A stretch of DNA of 64,000 nt from the NCBI GenBank assembly GCA_021828545.1, contig JAJZEN010000081.1, positions 1,849 through 65,848 of the forward strand, in the 5' to 3' direction. The DNA comes from Actinomycetes bacterium (GTDB taxonomy: Bacteria; Actinomycetota; Acidimicrobiia; Acidimicrobiales; RAAP-2). Under the pieces are notes generated by a model. It saw nothing but the letters and a program-made list of their open reading frames with translations. It did no database searches and was not told the DNA's origin. Both the position numbers and the translations under genes were made by a program. Below are positions 1-9,434 of this stretch, one piece after another; the first letter of the stretch is position 1, and each line of letters starts with the position of its first letter.

Positions 1-780
1 GCCGTCTATAACGTGCCACTCGGGGGCGCGATCTTCACCGCCGAGGTGCTCCTCGGGAGCTTCGCCCTGCCCACGGTCTTGACCGCTTTGGCCTGTTCGC
101 TCATCGCGACGTTCACTGGGTGGTTATTTTTGTCGGATCGCGCCACCTATAGCGATATCGTGACGTACCACTACAGCGGATCGATCATGGCCTGGTCGCT
201 GGTCGCTGGTGTCGTCATTGGTTTTCTAGCGGTGGGCTACGTACGACTCATCGGTCTGATGTCGGCGCACCGCGCGAGGGGCACCACGATCCTGTGGGCG
301 ATGCCGTCGACGTTCGCCGTCGTTGGGGTGTTGGGAATTTGGTACCCGCAGTTGTTCGGCAACGGCAAGGACATGGCGCACCAGGCGTTCATCGGGGTGA
401 CCTCGACCGGTCTCCTCTTCGCGCTCTTCGCGCTCAAGCCCCTCGTTACCGCCGCGACGCTCGGTAGTGGGGCCGCCGGCGGGGTCTTCACACCGTTCGT
501 GGCGACGGGCGCGGCGGTCGGAGGCTTTTTGGGCATGGTGTGGCTGCATTTCTGGCCCGGTTCGCCAGTCGGGGCCTTTGCGTTGATTGGTGCCGCCGCC
601 ATGATCGGCGCGACGATGCAGGCACCCCTCGCGGGTCTCGTCTTGGTGATGGAACTGACTCATAATGGCTTCGACATCATTATTCCCATGATGACGGCGA
701 CGACCATCGCCACGATCATTGGTCGTCAAGTCGATGGCTATTCCATCTATTCGGCTCGGCTTCCGCGGCAGGACGAATAG
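1..780 (+). CDS. ClC-family chloride channel / H+:Cl- antiporter (5' partial)
   Basis: Frame is open from base 1 (AVYNVPLGGAIFTAE, a ClC helix motif). Also GAAGGVFTP (GxFxP) and C-terminal YSIY (central Tyr). No CBS domains. Confidence 0.9.
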   Translation, partial: AVYNVPLGGAIFTAEVLLGSFALPTVLTALACSLIATFTGWLFLSDRATYSDIVTYHYSGSIMAWSLVAGVVIGFLAVGYVRLIGLMSAHRARGTTILWAMPSTFAVVGVLGIWYPQLFGNGKDMAHQAFIGVTSTGLLFALFALKPLVTAATLGSGAAGGVFTPFVATGAAVGGFLGMVWLHFWPGSPVGAFALIGAAAMIGATMQAPLAGLVLVMELTHNGFDIIIPMMTATTIATIIGRQVDGYSIYSARLPRQDE

Positions 781-782
781 CG

Positions 783-1742
783 GTGAATCCTCCGTTGCGC
801 GTACGACCGGGTCGCCCCAGTGATGCGTTGGCCCTACGCCAGATTCGCCTCGAGTCGCTCGCTGATTCGCCCGACGCCTACGGCGAGACGTACGAACATT
901 GCGCGTCCTGGAGCGAGGACGCGTGGGCGAAGAAGGCGAGTGAGTGGAACTTCTATTTGGCGGAACTCGATGGTCGGATCGTGGGTCTGGCGCGTGGTGA
1001 ACGACACGACGAACGGCCCGATGCTCGGTACCTCTTCGCGATGTACGTCGCGCCGTCGGCGCGAGGTGGCGAGGCGGCGACGCGCCTGGTGGACGCCGTG
1101 TGTGCCTGGGCCGCGGCCGACGGCGCCGACGCTCTCCACCTCTACGTCTCGTCCGCCGCCGCGCGAGCGCGGGCCTTCTACCTTAAGGTGGGTTTTCGCG
1201 AGAGTGGTGCTCGCGTCGCGATGGACCGCGACGAGGGATTGGTGTGTGACGAGATGCGACGCGATCTCCGCGAGTTCTCCTTCCGCACTGAACGCGTCGA
1301 GCCGAGTGCACTCCATGACTTGCGCCGTCGGGTCCTGCGCGAGAACGACCCTCGCGTGAACGTGGAGAACGCGCAGGATCGACTCGCGTCCTCGTTGCAC
1401 TACGGCGGATATCTCGGTCGACGAGTGGTGGTCAGCGCGTCGGCGTTCGTAGCGACCTCACCGGTGACGGGGCGCCACGACGCGTATCAACTTCGCTATA
1501 TGGCCACCGACTTCGACGTCCAGGGACGGGGCCTGGGTGGCGTCGTGCTCTCGTACGTGCTCGACGACCTCGCGGGTCGTGGCGTGGCCGAAATTTGGGC
1601 GAACGCTCGAGTGACGGCCTTAAATTTTTATACCTCCTCGGGATGGGATGTTGTGCCCGATTCCCTGTTCGTCAGCGCCGAAACGGGTACCGATCACGTC
1701 GTGATCCATCGTGCGGTGGTCCCAGTGGGTCTCGAAGGTTGA
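783..1742 (+). CDS. Tandem GNAT acetyltransferase (two GNAT domains)
   Basis: Two acetyl-CoA-binding motifs: MYVAPSARGGEAA and MATDFDVQGRGLG. The second domain begins LHDLRRRVLR (YitI/ElaA-like). Confidence 0.8.
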   Translation: MNPPLRVRPGRPSDALALRQIRLESLADSPDAYGETYEHCASWSEDAWAKKASEWNFYLAELDGRIVGLARGERHDERPDARYLFAMYVAPSARGGEAATRLVDAVCAWAAADGADALHLYVSSAAARARAFYLKVGFRESGARVAMDRDEGLVCDEMRRDLREFSFRTERVEPSALHDLRRRVLRENDPRVNVENAQDRLASSLHYGGYLGRRVVVSASAFVATSPVTGRHDAYQLRYMATDFDVQGRGLGGVVLSYVLDDLAGRGVAEIWANARVTALNFYTSSGWDVVPDSLFVSAETGTDHVVIHRAVVPVGLEG

Positions 1743-1755
1743 CTAAGTTAGAAGC

Positions 1756-2778
1756 GTGCGCAACCAAATTCGTTATATCGTCGCCGCCGTCGTCGTCGTC
1801 GCGGGAATTGCCATCATCGTCGCGACCCAGGGATCCGCAAAGAAGCCGAGCGCGACGCCGACCACTACGACCACCACCAAATCTTCGACTGGCCCCATCG
1901 CCCCCCTCACCGGGCTACCGGATCCGTCCGGATCGGCCCTGAAGCGACCGGCGCTGGTGATCAAGGTGGAGGACGACACTAATTCCCTGCCCCAGTGGGG
2001 CGTGGACCAGGCCGACGTGGTCTACGAGGAGATCATCAATGGAGGCATCCCTCGTCTCGCGGCGATCTTCAACCAGAATGCGCCCACACTCGTGGGCCCG
2101 ATTCGCTCGGTGCGTCCCACTGACACTCAAATCGTCGACCCGATCGGCGGAATCTTCGCATTCTCCGGCGGCGCCCCCTACGCCATTGCTTCGATTTCCA
2201 CTGCTCCGGTGAAGCAGATTCAAGAATCGAACGCGGGGTCGGCGATGTTCCGTGATAACAGTCGACAGGCGCCCTACAACCTCTTCGGTAGCGCCGCGGC
2301 CCTGTTTGCGCTCGGGGCCGGGAGCAAGCCCGTCCCGCCCGTCCCGCTCTTTCAGTACCGTCCGCTGGGGCAAGGAGCGGTCGGCACGCCCGTGAGTAAG
2401 TTCGTCGTCAACTTCCCGAGTATCTATCCCATGACGTGGACGTGGGACACTACGACACATTCCTGGGACCGTTCAACACAGTTCGCCGGACCCGACTACA
2501 CCGGTAATCACGTGCGCGAATCGCCCAAGAACGTGATTGTCACCTACGTGAATTACGTCAATGGCGTGGGTGCCTTTACCTCCTACGCCAACTTGCAAAG
2601 CGGCGGGGTGGCGGACGTCTTCACGGACGGCAAGGAAATCGTGGGCACGTGGGCGCGTCATTCGCCCACGACACCCATCGAGTACCTCAACGCGAAGGGT
2701 AAGGCCATCCGATTGACGCCGGGTCAGACCTGGGTGGAGCTTTTGAACAATGGTGCACCCGTCACTGTGACGCATTAG
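1756..2778 (+). CDS. DUF3048 (YerB-like) exported protein
   Basis: N-terminal hydrophobic segment and Thr-rich linker; LTGLP...RPALVIKVED...PQWGVDQADVVYEE, GPIRSVRP and LTPGQTWVEL motifs. TAAGTT box lies 6 nt before the GTG. Confidence 0.85.
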   Translation: MRNQIRYIVAAVVVVAGIAIIVATQGSAKKPSATPTTTTTTKSSTGPIAPLTGLPDPSGSALKRPALVIKVEDDTNSLPQWGVDQADVVYEEIINGGIPRLAAIFNQNAPTLVGPIRSVRPTDTQIVDPIGGIFAFSGGAPYAIASISTAPVKQIQESNAGSAMFRDNSRQAPYNLFGSAAALFALGAGSKPVPPVPLFQYRPLGQGAVGTPVSKFVVNFPSIYPMTWTWDTTTHSWDRSTQFAGPDYTGNHVRESPKNVIVTYVNYVNGVGAFTSYANLQSGGVADVFTDGKEIVGTWARHSPTTPIEYLNAKGKAIRLTPGQTWVELLNNGAPVTVTH

Positions 2779-2785
2779 GCCCATC

Positions 2786-3796
2786 GTGCGCCTCGGGAGC
2801 ATGTACGGCCCTGATCACACTTTCCTCGGCGTGCCGGCGGGTGACCCCGATGAGCCTGCGCAGTGGCGCCACGCGCGCGCAGCCATTGTGGGCGCTCCCT
2901 TTGACGGAGGCACGTCCTATCGTGCGGGCTGTCGTTTTGGTCCTCGGGCGATTCGCGCGGCCGACTACCTACCCCATGACGGGAGTCGACCGAGTCTGGC
3001 GTTAGGTGTCGACGCGCTCCTCGACACCGGTGTCGTGGATCTTGGCGACGTGGTGATGCCCTCGGGCGAGATGGAGAAATCGTTGCAGGCCCTTGAGGCG
3101 CGCGTCGCACTCGTCGCCGCCGCCGGGGTGGTGCCGATTATCCTCGGCGGTGATCACACCATCGCCCTCGCGGACGTGACGGGGGTCGCTCGCCACGTCG
3201 GATGGGGACGAGTCTCGGTTCTGCACTTCGACGCGCACGCCGATACCGGCGACTCACAGTGGGGCTCACTCTACGGGCACGGGACGCCGATGCGACGCCT
3301 CATCGAGTCGGGCGCGTGTCGCGGTGACCGATTCGTGCAGATCGGCTTGCGGGGCTACTGGCCCGAGCCCGAGACGTTGAGGTGGATGGCGGTTCAGGGT
3401 ATGCGATCCTTCGAAATGGCCGAAGTGGTGGCGCGCGGCTTGGGAGAAGTACTCGACGAAGCTATCGCCATCGCGACTGATGACTGCGATGCGGTGTTCC
3501 TCTCGGTGGACGTCGACGTGGTGGATCCGGGCTCCGCACCCGGGACCGGTACACCCGAGCCCGGGGGACTGACGAGCCGACAATTGCTCGATGCCGTACG
3601 TCGCATCGCTATGGAAGTGCCGCTCGCGGGTATGGACGTGGTCGAAGTCTCGCCACCCTACGACCACGCGGACATCACCGCTTACCTGGGGAATCGCGTC
3701 GTGCTCGAAACGTTGGGGGGCATGGCCTGGCGCGACCAGAGAGTCCGCGGCGTAGCGGTGCGCGATCCGCGCGATCCGCTCCTGGGGGACCGCTAG
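2786..3796 (+). CDS. speB: Agmatinase (ureohydrolase family)
   Basis: GGDH, DAHAD, HGTP and SVDVDVVDP Mn-binding motifs. Start could be GTG 2786 or ATG 2801. Confidence 0.85.
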   Translation: MRLGSMYGPDHTFLGVPAGDPDEPAQWRHARAAIVGAPFDGGTSYRAGCRFGPRAIRAADYLPHDGSRPSLALGVDALLDTGVVDLGDVVMPSGEMEKSLQALEARVALVAAAGVVPIILGGDHTIALADVTGVARHVGWGRVSVLHFDAHADTGDSQWGSLYGHGTPMRRLIESGACRGDRFVQIGLRGYWPEPETLRWMAVQGMRSFEMAEVVARGLGEVLDEAIAIATDDCDAVFLSVDVDVVDPGSAPGTGTPEPGGLTSRQLLDAVRRIAMEVPLAGMDVVEVSPPYDHADITAYLGNRVVLETLGGMAWRDQRVRGVAVRDPRDPLLGDR

Positions 3797-5157
3797 GCGA
3801 ACATCGAGTCGAGGATCTCACCGACTAATTCGTCGGTGGTGTCGGGATGCAAAAAGGCGAGGCGAGCGACCATCTCTCCCTCCCAGCGCGTGGGCGTGAC
3901 GAACGCTACCTGTTGGCGCAGTAGTTTCTCGCTCCACTCGCGATACTGTTCCTCAGACCACCCCACGCGGCGAAACAGCACGATCGAGAGGCCGGCGGGT
4001 CGCACCAGTTCGAGCCCCGGGGTGGCCGCGATCCGGTCGGCGGCGCGGGTCGCGAGATCGATGGCGATTTGTGTAGCGCTCTCGTACGCGTGGACCCCGT
4101 ACGTGACGAGGGAGAACCAGAAGGGTAGTCCGCGAGCGCGCCGCGACAACTGGATGGCGAAGTCCGACGGATTCCAGTCGTAGTGCTCATCATCGCCGCC
4201 GTGCAAGATATCGAGGTAGCCCGCCTGCTGCGCCAGGTGCGTGCGCGCAATCGTGGGGTTGCGATACACCAACGCGCAACAGTCGAGTGGCCCGAAGAGC
4301 CACTTGTGGGGATCGACGATGAAACTATCGGCGTGGCGGATCCCACTCAGGAGGTCGCGCTGGCTGGAGAACAGTGCGGCACCGCCGTAGGCGCCATCGA
4401 CGTGGAACCATAGATCGCGTTCACGGGCGAAACTGCCGAGGCCCTCGAGGTCGTCCACGATTCCCGCGTTGGTCGTCCCCGAGGTGGCGACGACGCCAAT
4501 GACTGTCTCGGGCCGCGGATCGGCCGCCAGGGCCCTCTCCAGGTTCGCTCGCGTGAATCGGTGATCGTCGGGCTCCACCAGGAGGGGATGGATTCCCAGC
4601 ACGTGCAGCGCCTTGCCGATGCTCGAGTGAGCGTCGGCGGAAATGGCGAAACGCAGTTCGTGCGGCGCGACATCGGGCCGTAACGTGCGCCCGACGTCGC
4701 GTCCGACGGTCAGGGCCGAAAGGTTGCCGATGGAGCCTCCCGACACGAACACGCCACCCGATCCGCGGGGCATGCCCGCACGTTCAGCGAGAAACTCCAG
4801 TGCCTGGTTCTCGGCCACGACCACTCCGGCCGATTCGAGCCAACTCGTACCATTGAGCCCCGAACACGCGACGACCATGTCGAAGAGCAACGAGTTCTTG
4901 GTGGGGGCGTTGGGGATGAAGGCGAGAAAGCCCGGTGAGTCAATGGAGACGACGTGTTGGGCGAGCGCGTCACGGAAGAATTCCAGGGTCTGGGACGCGT
5001 TGCGACCCGCGTCGGTGATCATCCCCTCGAGCGAGGGCAGCGGTACGGGTGAGTGCATACCAAAGTCGAGGGGAGCGTCGTGTTCGAGTCGGTCGCGGCA
5101 GTACTCGAAGATGGCGTTCGTGAAGGCCTCGTCGTAGGTAAACATAGGGTGCCTCAT
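3793..5157 (-). CDS. Group II PLP-dependent (aromatic amino acid/glutamate-type) decarboxylase
   Basis: FVSGGSIGN, HVDGAYGG and DPHKWLF (PLP lysine). Start revised to ATG 5157, which follows a GAAAGGA Shine-Dalgarno. Confidence 0.85.
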   Translation of the reverse strand: MRHPMFTYDEAFTNAIFEYCRDRLEHDAPLDFGMHSPVPLPSLEGMITDAGRNASQTLEFFRDALAQHVVSIDSPGFLAFIPNAPTKNSLLFDMVVACSGLNGTSWLESAGVVVAENQALEFLAERAGMPRGSGGVFVSGGSIGNLSALTVGRDVGRTLRPDVAPHELRFAISADAHSSIGKALHVLGIHPLLVEPDDHRFTRANLERALAADPRPETVIGVVATSGTTNAGIVDDLEGLGSFARERDLWFHVDGAYGGAALFSSQRDLLSGIRHADSFIVDPHKWLFGPLDCCALVYRNPTIARTHLAQQAGYLDILHGGDDEHYDWNPSDFAIQLSRRARGLPFWFSLVTYGVHAYESATQIAIDLATRAADRIAATPGLELVRPAGLSIVLFRRVGWSEEQYREWSEKLLRQQVAFVTPTRWEGEMVARLAFLHPDTTDELVGEILDSMFA

Positions 5158-5238
5158 TGCACGTCCTTTCGTGGGGCCAATGACCATCGTAGAAGGTCGG
5201 GCCCGGATGAAACGACGGGCGCGAAGTAGCATTCGTCC

Positions 5239-6153
5239 ATGTCTCTCGCGCGCGTCGGATATCTCGGGCCGGAGGGATCCTTCTCCCACGAAGCCGTCAC
5301 GACGTTGGAGAACGTGCAGACCGTGGCGTGCGTCTCGATCGCCGACGTTCTCGCTGGGGTCGCTGATGGGAGCCTAGATTCAGGACTCGTGCCGATCGAG
5401 AACGCCATCGAGGGCACGGTCTCGGCGACCATCGACGGACTGGTCTTCGACTACGACTTGGTGATTGAACGTGAGGTCGTTCTCCCCATCCATATGCACC
5501 TCCTGGCTCGACCGGGTGTGCGGCCCGAGGACGTCACGCACGTTTCGAGCTACGTCCACGCGCTGGCCCAGGTACGCGGGTTCCTCGCGGGAATGTCCCA
5601 CGCACAGGTCGAGCAGACCACGTCCACGTCCCAGGCGGCGCGCGAGGTCGCGACGTCGCACGAACCGCGCGCCGCGGTGGGCTCGGCGTTGGCGGGCTCG
5701 CTCTTCGGACTCGAGATCATCGTCGCCGACATCGCCGACCACCCCGGCAACGCCACGCGCTTCGTCGAGGTGGGACGGGGGTCGATTACCGCGCCCACGG
5801 GGAACGATCGCACGTCGATCGTCTGTTTCCAAGACGCCGATCGCCCCGGATCCCTCTACGGCATCTTGGGTAGTTTCGCGGCGCGTGACATCAACTTGAC
5901 GAAACTTGAGAGTCGCCCCACCAAGCGCGGGTTGGGCGAGTACTGTTTCGTCATCGAATTCGACGGACACCTCGGTGACGACATCGTCGCCGACTGCCTG
6001 GCCGACCTCCAGGCGCACCTCGCGCGAGTGAAATTCCTGGGTTCCTACCCCGTGTCGGGGGATGAGGCCACTGCTCGCCGGGCCGAGGTGGGAGAGGCAC
6101 GCAGCAAGGCGGCTGAGTGGATCGTCGAGTTACGCGCTCGCATTCGCCGTTGA
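5239..6153 (+). CDS. pheA: Prephenate dehydratase
   Basis: YLGPEGSFSH, VPIENAIEG, NATRF, INLTKLESRP and an ACT domain. Confidence 0.95.
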   Translation: MSLARVGYLGPEGSFSHEAVTTLENVQTVACVSIADVLAGVADGSLDSGLVPIENAIEGTVSATIDGLVFDYDLVIEREVVLPIHMHLLARPGVRPEDVTHVSSYVHALAQVRGFLAGMSHAQVEQTTSTSQAAREVATSHEPRAAVGSALAGSLFGLEIIVADIADHPGNATRFVEVGRGSITAPTGNDRTSIVCFQDADRPGSLYGILGSFAARDINLTKLESRPTKRGLGEYCFVIEFDGHLGDDIVADCLADLQAHLARVKFLGSYPVSGDEATARRAEVGEARSKAAEWIVELRARIRR

Positions 6154-6281
6154 GCCTCGCGCACGACTCGCTGGGGGAGGACGCGGCCCTTCGCACCTGA
6201 TAGAACGCAGAAATGTGACGTTGCGGTGACTGAAACAATTGCGCGCCGCTCAAAGAAATTGAAGAAAGTTCACAAATGCGC

Positions 6282-6352
6282 TTGACAACGAGGGATGGCC
6301 TCGTTATTTTGTAAGCGGTTACATAACGCCGTGGGCGTTTCAGAAATGTTTC
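6282..6352 (+). promoter_or_regulatory. Sigma70-type promoter with LacI-family operator(s)
   Basis: TTGACA (6282-6287), 17-nt spacer, TATTTT (6305-6310). Near-palindrome TGTAAGCGGTTACA (6310-6323) matches the LacI/cre consensus TGWAANCGNTNWCA. A weaker site GAAATGTTTC lies at 6343-6352. Confidence 0.8.
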
Positions 6353-6364
6353 GGGGGGAAATAG

Positions 6365-7477
6365 GTGGTCGATTCAACGCCGACGATTTACGACGTCGCC
6401 GAGCGAGCCGGGGTTTCCATCGCGACCGTCAGTCGGGCGCTGAACTCGCTCGATTCAGTTCGCCCCACCACTCGCGACAAAGTGTTGCGCGCCATGGAGG
6501 AACTCGACTTCGTGCCCAACGCCGTCGCGCGAGGCCTGTCCATCGGTCGCCACGGGATTCTCGGTCTTGTTTTCACGCGCGTGGCGGGAGAGAATAACGG
6601 CCTCGCGGTGGAAGAGGCGAGTCTGCTCTACACCGATATCGTCATTCGAGGCGCCGAGACCCGCGCGGCGGAGAAGGGCTACTCGCTCCTCTTGAGCAGT
6701 TTTGACGAGTCGCACCCCTCGGGTATGAGTGCGTTGCTCAGTCTCACCGGCACGGTGGATGGGCTCATCGTCATGGACCGTGTCCTCGGCGACGAGGACG
6801 TGGCGTACTTGGCGCGGCGGATTCCCGTGGTGCTCCTGGCCGGGAGTGGCGACTCGACTGCGGCCATCACCATTCGCGTCGACAACGAATTCGCCATGAG
6901 CGCATTGGCCGAGCACCTCGTGAACGTGCACCAAGTGTCGAACGTGGGGTTCGTGACGGGGGCGCTCGAAAGCCCCGACGCCACGGCCCGCGCGAACGGA
7001 TTTCGCGCCTCGGTCACGCGCCTCGGTGCCGAAATGGCCGACGCCGATTTCCTCGAGGCGGACTGGACGTCGGCGGGGGGCGAAGCGGCGATGCGCGCGC
7101 GGCTCGACCGCGACGAGCCCCTCCCAGAAGTCTTCGCCTGCGCGAACGACCAGATGGCGGTCGGGGTCATCTTCGCTCTACAGGAGCGCGGACGTCGAGT
7201 ACCCGAGGACATCCTCGTGACGGGTTTCGACGACATCACTCTGACCCGATACTTCAGTCCTCCCCTCACCACAATTCGACAATCGGGGGGCGTCTTGGGC
7301 TCCGTGGCGGTCGACGCGCTCGTGTCCACGATTGACGGCACCGACAAGATCGAACGGGTCATCGTCTTGCCCGTCGAACTCGTCGTGCGCGCGAGCTGCG
7401 GTTGCGCGAGCGACCCCGAGGAACCTCTACGGCAGTTGCACGCCTCGAGTTACACGCACCAGCGAGTCCACGCATGA
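6365..7477 (+). CDS. LacI-family transcriptional regulator
   Basis: PTIYDVAERAGVSIATVSRALN helix-turn-helix; FACANDQMAVG; GFDD...PPLTTIRQ. Confidence 0.95.
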   Translation: MVDSTPTIYDVAERAGVSIATVSRALNSLDSVRPTTRDKVLRAMEELDFVPNAVARGLSIGRHGILGLVFTRVAGENNGLAVEEASLLYTDIVIRGAETRAAEKGYSLLLSSFDESHPSGMSALLSLTGTVDGLIVMDRVLGDEDVAYLARRIPVVLLAGSGDSTAAITIRVDNEFAMSALAEHLVNVHQVSNVGFVTGALESPDATARANGFRASVTRLGAEMADADFLEADWTSAGGEAAMRARLDRDEPLPEVFACANDQMAVGVIFALQERGRRVPEDILVTGFDDITLTRYFSPPLTTIRQSGGVLGSVAVDALVSTIDGTDKIERVIVLPVELVVRASCGCASDPEEPLRQLHASSYTHQRVHA

Positions 7478-8454
7478 GGGTCCTCGGTCGACGTCTCTCG
7501 CTCTACGTCGTGACGGCGTGGGTGGCGATCACCGTGAACTTCCTCCTACCGCACCTGATGCCCGGCAACCCGGTGCAAAACCTGATCGGCAAGGTCACGG
7601 GTCAGATCACCCCCCAGCAGGTTCGCTCGATCGAACTGTTGTTCGGCGTCGGACTTCATCAGGGCCTGTGGAGCCAGTACGTCGGCTACTGGCACCAGTT
7701 GTTTCTCGGCAACCTGGGCGTCTCGATCACTTTGTCCACGCCCGTCTCGAGCGTGTTGGCGTCGGCGGTACCGTGGACCGTCGGGCTGATTGGTGTCTCG
7801 ACGATACTGAGTTTCATCCTCGGCACGTTCGCGGGCGCTTTGCTCGGTTGGTTCCGCGGTTCGCGCTTGGACTCGGTCATTCCCGTCGCCACGTTCTTCC
7901 AGGCCGCCCCGTACTTCTTCTTGGGTACCGTGGTGCTGCTCTTGTTCGGATCGGACCTGCATTGGTTCCCCGTGCTGGGCGCCTACAGCCAATCGGTCAC
8001 GCCGGGGTGGCACTGGGACTTCGTCTTCAGTCTGCTGCGCTACGGCGAGTTGCCCGTCATCACCATCGTGTTGAGTTCGGTCGCGGGATGGATGCTGGGT
8101 ATGCGCAACATGATGATCACCATGATCGCCGAGGACTTCGTGCTCATGGCCGTGGCCAAGGGATTACCGCGACGAAAGGTCATTGCGCACGCGGCGCGTA
8201 ATGCGGTCCTGCCCAGCGTGGCGAACCTCTCGTTGGCGATCGGTCTCGTGGTGTCGGGGGCGTTACTGGTGGAACTCGTCTTTAACTACCCGGGCGTGGG
8301 CAACCTCCTCCTCCAGGCCGTACTGAACGAAGATTATCCCCTGATCCAGGGGATATTCTTGGTGATCACCATGACCGTGCTGGCGGCCAATCTTTTGGCG
8401 GACGTCTTGTATTTCATCCTTGATCCCCGCACGAGAACGGAAGCCGCAGTATGA
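7474..8454 (+). CDS. Opp/Dpp-type ABC transporter permease (OppB-like)
   Basis: ATGA overlap with the LacI stop; EAA-like loop EDFVLMAVAKGL; ELVFNYPGVG; DPR C-terminal motif. Confidence 0.9.
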   Translation: MRVLGRRLSLYVVTAWVAITVNFLLPHLMPGNPVQNLIGKVTGQITPQQVRSIELLFGVGLHQGLWSQYVGYWHQLFLGNLGVSITLSTPVSSVLASAVPWTVGLIGVSTILSFILGTFAGALLGWFRGSRLDSVIPVATFFQAAPYFFLGTVVLLLFGSDLHWFPVLGAYSQSVTPGWHWDFVFSLLRYGELPVITIVLSSVAGWMLGMRNMMITMIAEDFVLMAVAKGLPRRKVIAHAARNAVLPSVANLSLAIGLVVSGALLVELVFNYPGVGNLLLQAVLNEDYPLIQGIFLVITMTVLAANLLADVLYFILDPRTRTEAAV

Positions 8455-9434
8455 GTTCGGTCCGACTACCCCGGTCACCCAAGGTCCTCGTGGGCGTAGG
8501 GATCGTCGCGTTCTTCGCAATCTTGACGGTGATTGGACCCTGGCTCGCGCCGGATAATCCGAGCGCGACGAACTTCCTACCCAACCTGGGCCCCTCGGGG
8601 AGCCATTGGTTGGGGACGACGGCGCTAGGTCAGGACATCTTTTCTCAACTGCTCGACGGCGCGCGCGCCACCATGATCGTGGCGATCGTCGCCGGGGTCG
8701 TCGCAACCGTCTTGTCCGTGATCGTGGGCGTGGCCGCGGGTTACCTCGGCGGTAAGACCGACGACGGTTTGTCGTTACTATCGAACGTCTTCTTGGCGAT
8801 CCCGGGACTCCCGCTGCTGATCGTGATCGACAGCTACCTACCGGCCAGCGGCCGGTCCAATTCCTTCGCCATCGGTCTCATCATCAGCCTGACCGGATGG
8901 GCGTGGGGCGCGCGAGTCTTGCGTGCGCAGACCATGTCGTTGCGCAACCGAGATTTCGTCGAGGCCGCGCGCATCATTGGCGAGAGCCGGCGGCGTATCA
9001 TGCTTTTTGAAATCGCCCCCAACCTTTTGCCGGTCCTGGCGTCGTCGTTCCTCTTCACCACGCTGTATTCCATCGGCGCCTACGTGACGCTCGCCTACGT
9101 GGGTCTGACCTCTACGGCGGTGTGGAACTGGGGCACCATGATGTACTGGGCTCAAGCGAACAACGCACCCCTGGCGGGCCAATGGTACTGGTTCGTTCCG
9201 CCGGGAATCTGCATCGCCCTGATCGGCACTGGTTTGGCCCTCCTCAACTTCGGTATCGACGAGTTCATTAACCCGCGGCTTCGCGCGGCGGGACTGAGCG
9301 GCAAAGTTCGCCGCGCCAGTGGCCTCCCGCGTCGACCTCGACTGGGGTACACGCCCGTGGCGCGTCGCTCGCCGGGTCGCGTCGTGGTGACACCCGCTCG
9401 GCCGACGCCATCGTCCACGAACGTCGGAGCCTGA
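8451..9434 (+). CDS. Opp/Dpp-type ABC transporter permease (OppC-like)
   Basis: HWLGTTALGQDIFSQ and RDFVEAARIIGES motifs. Confidence 0.9.
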   Translation: MSSVRLPRSPKVLVGVGIVAFFAILTVIGPWLAPDNPSATNFLPNLGPSGSHWLGTTALGQDIFSQLLDGARATMIVAIVAGVVATVLSVIVGVAAGYLGGKTDDGLSLLSNVFLAIPGLPLLIVIDSYLPASGRSNSFAIGLIISLTGWAWGARVLRAQTMSLRNRDFVEAARIIGESRRRIMLFEIAPNLLPVLASSFLFTTLYSIGAYVTLAYVGLTSTAVWNWGTMMYWAQANNAPLAGQWYWFVPPGICIALIGTGLALLNFGIDEFINPRLRAAGLSGKVRRASGLPRRPRLGYTPVARRSPGRVVVTPARPTPSSTNVGA

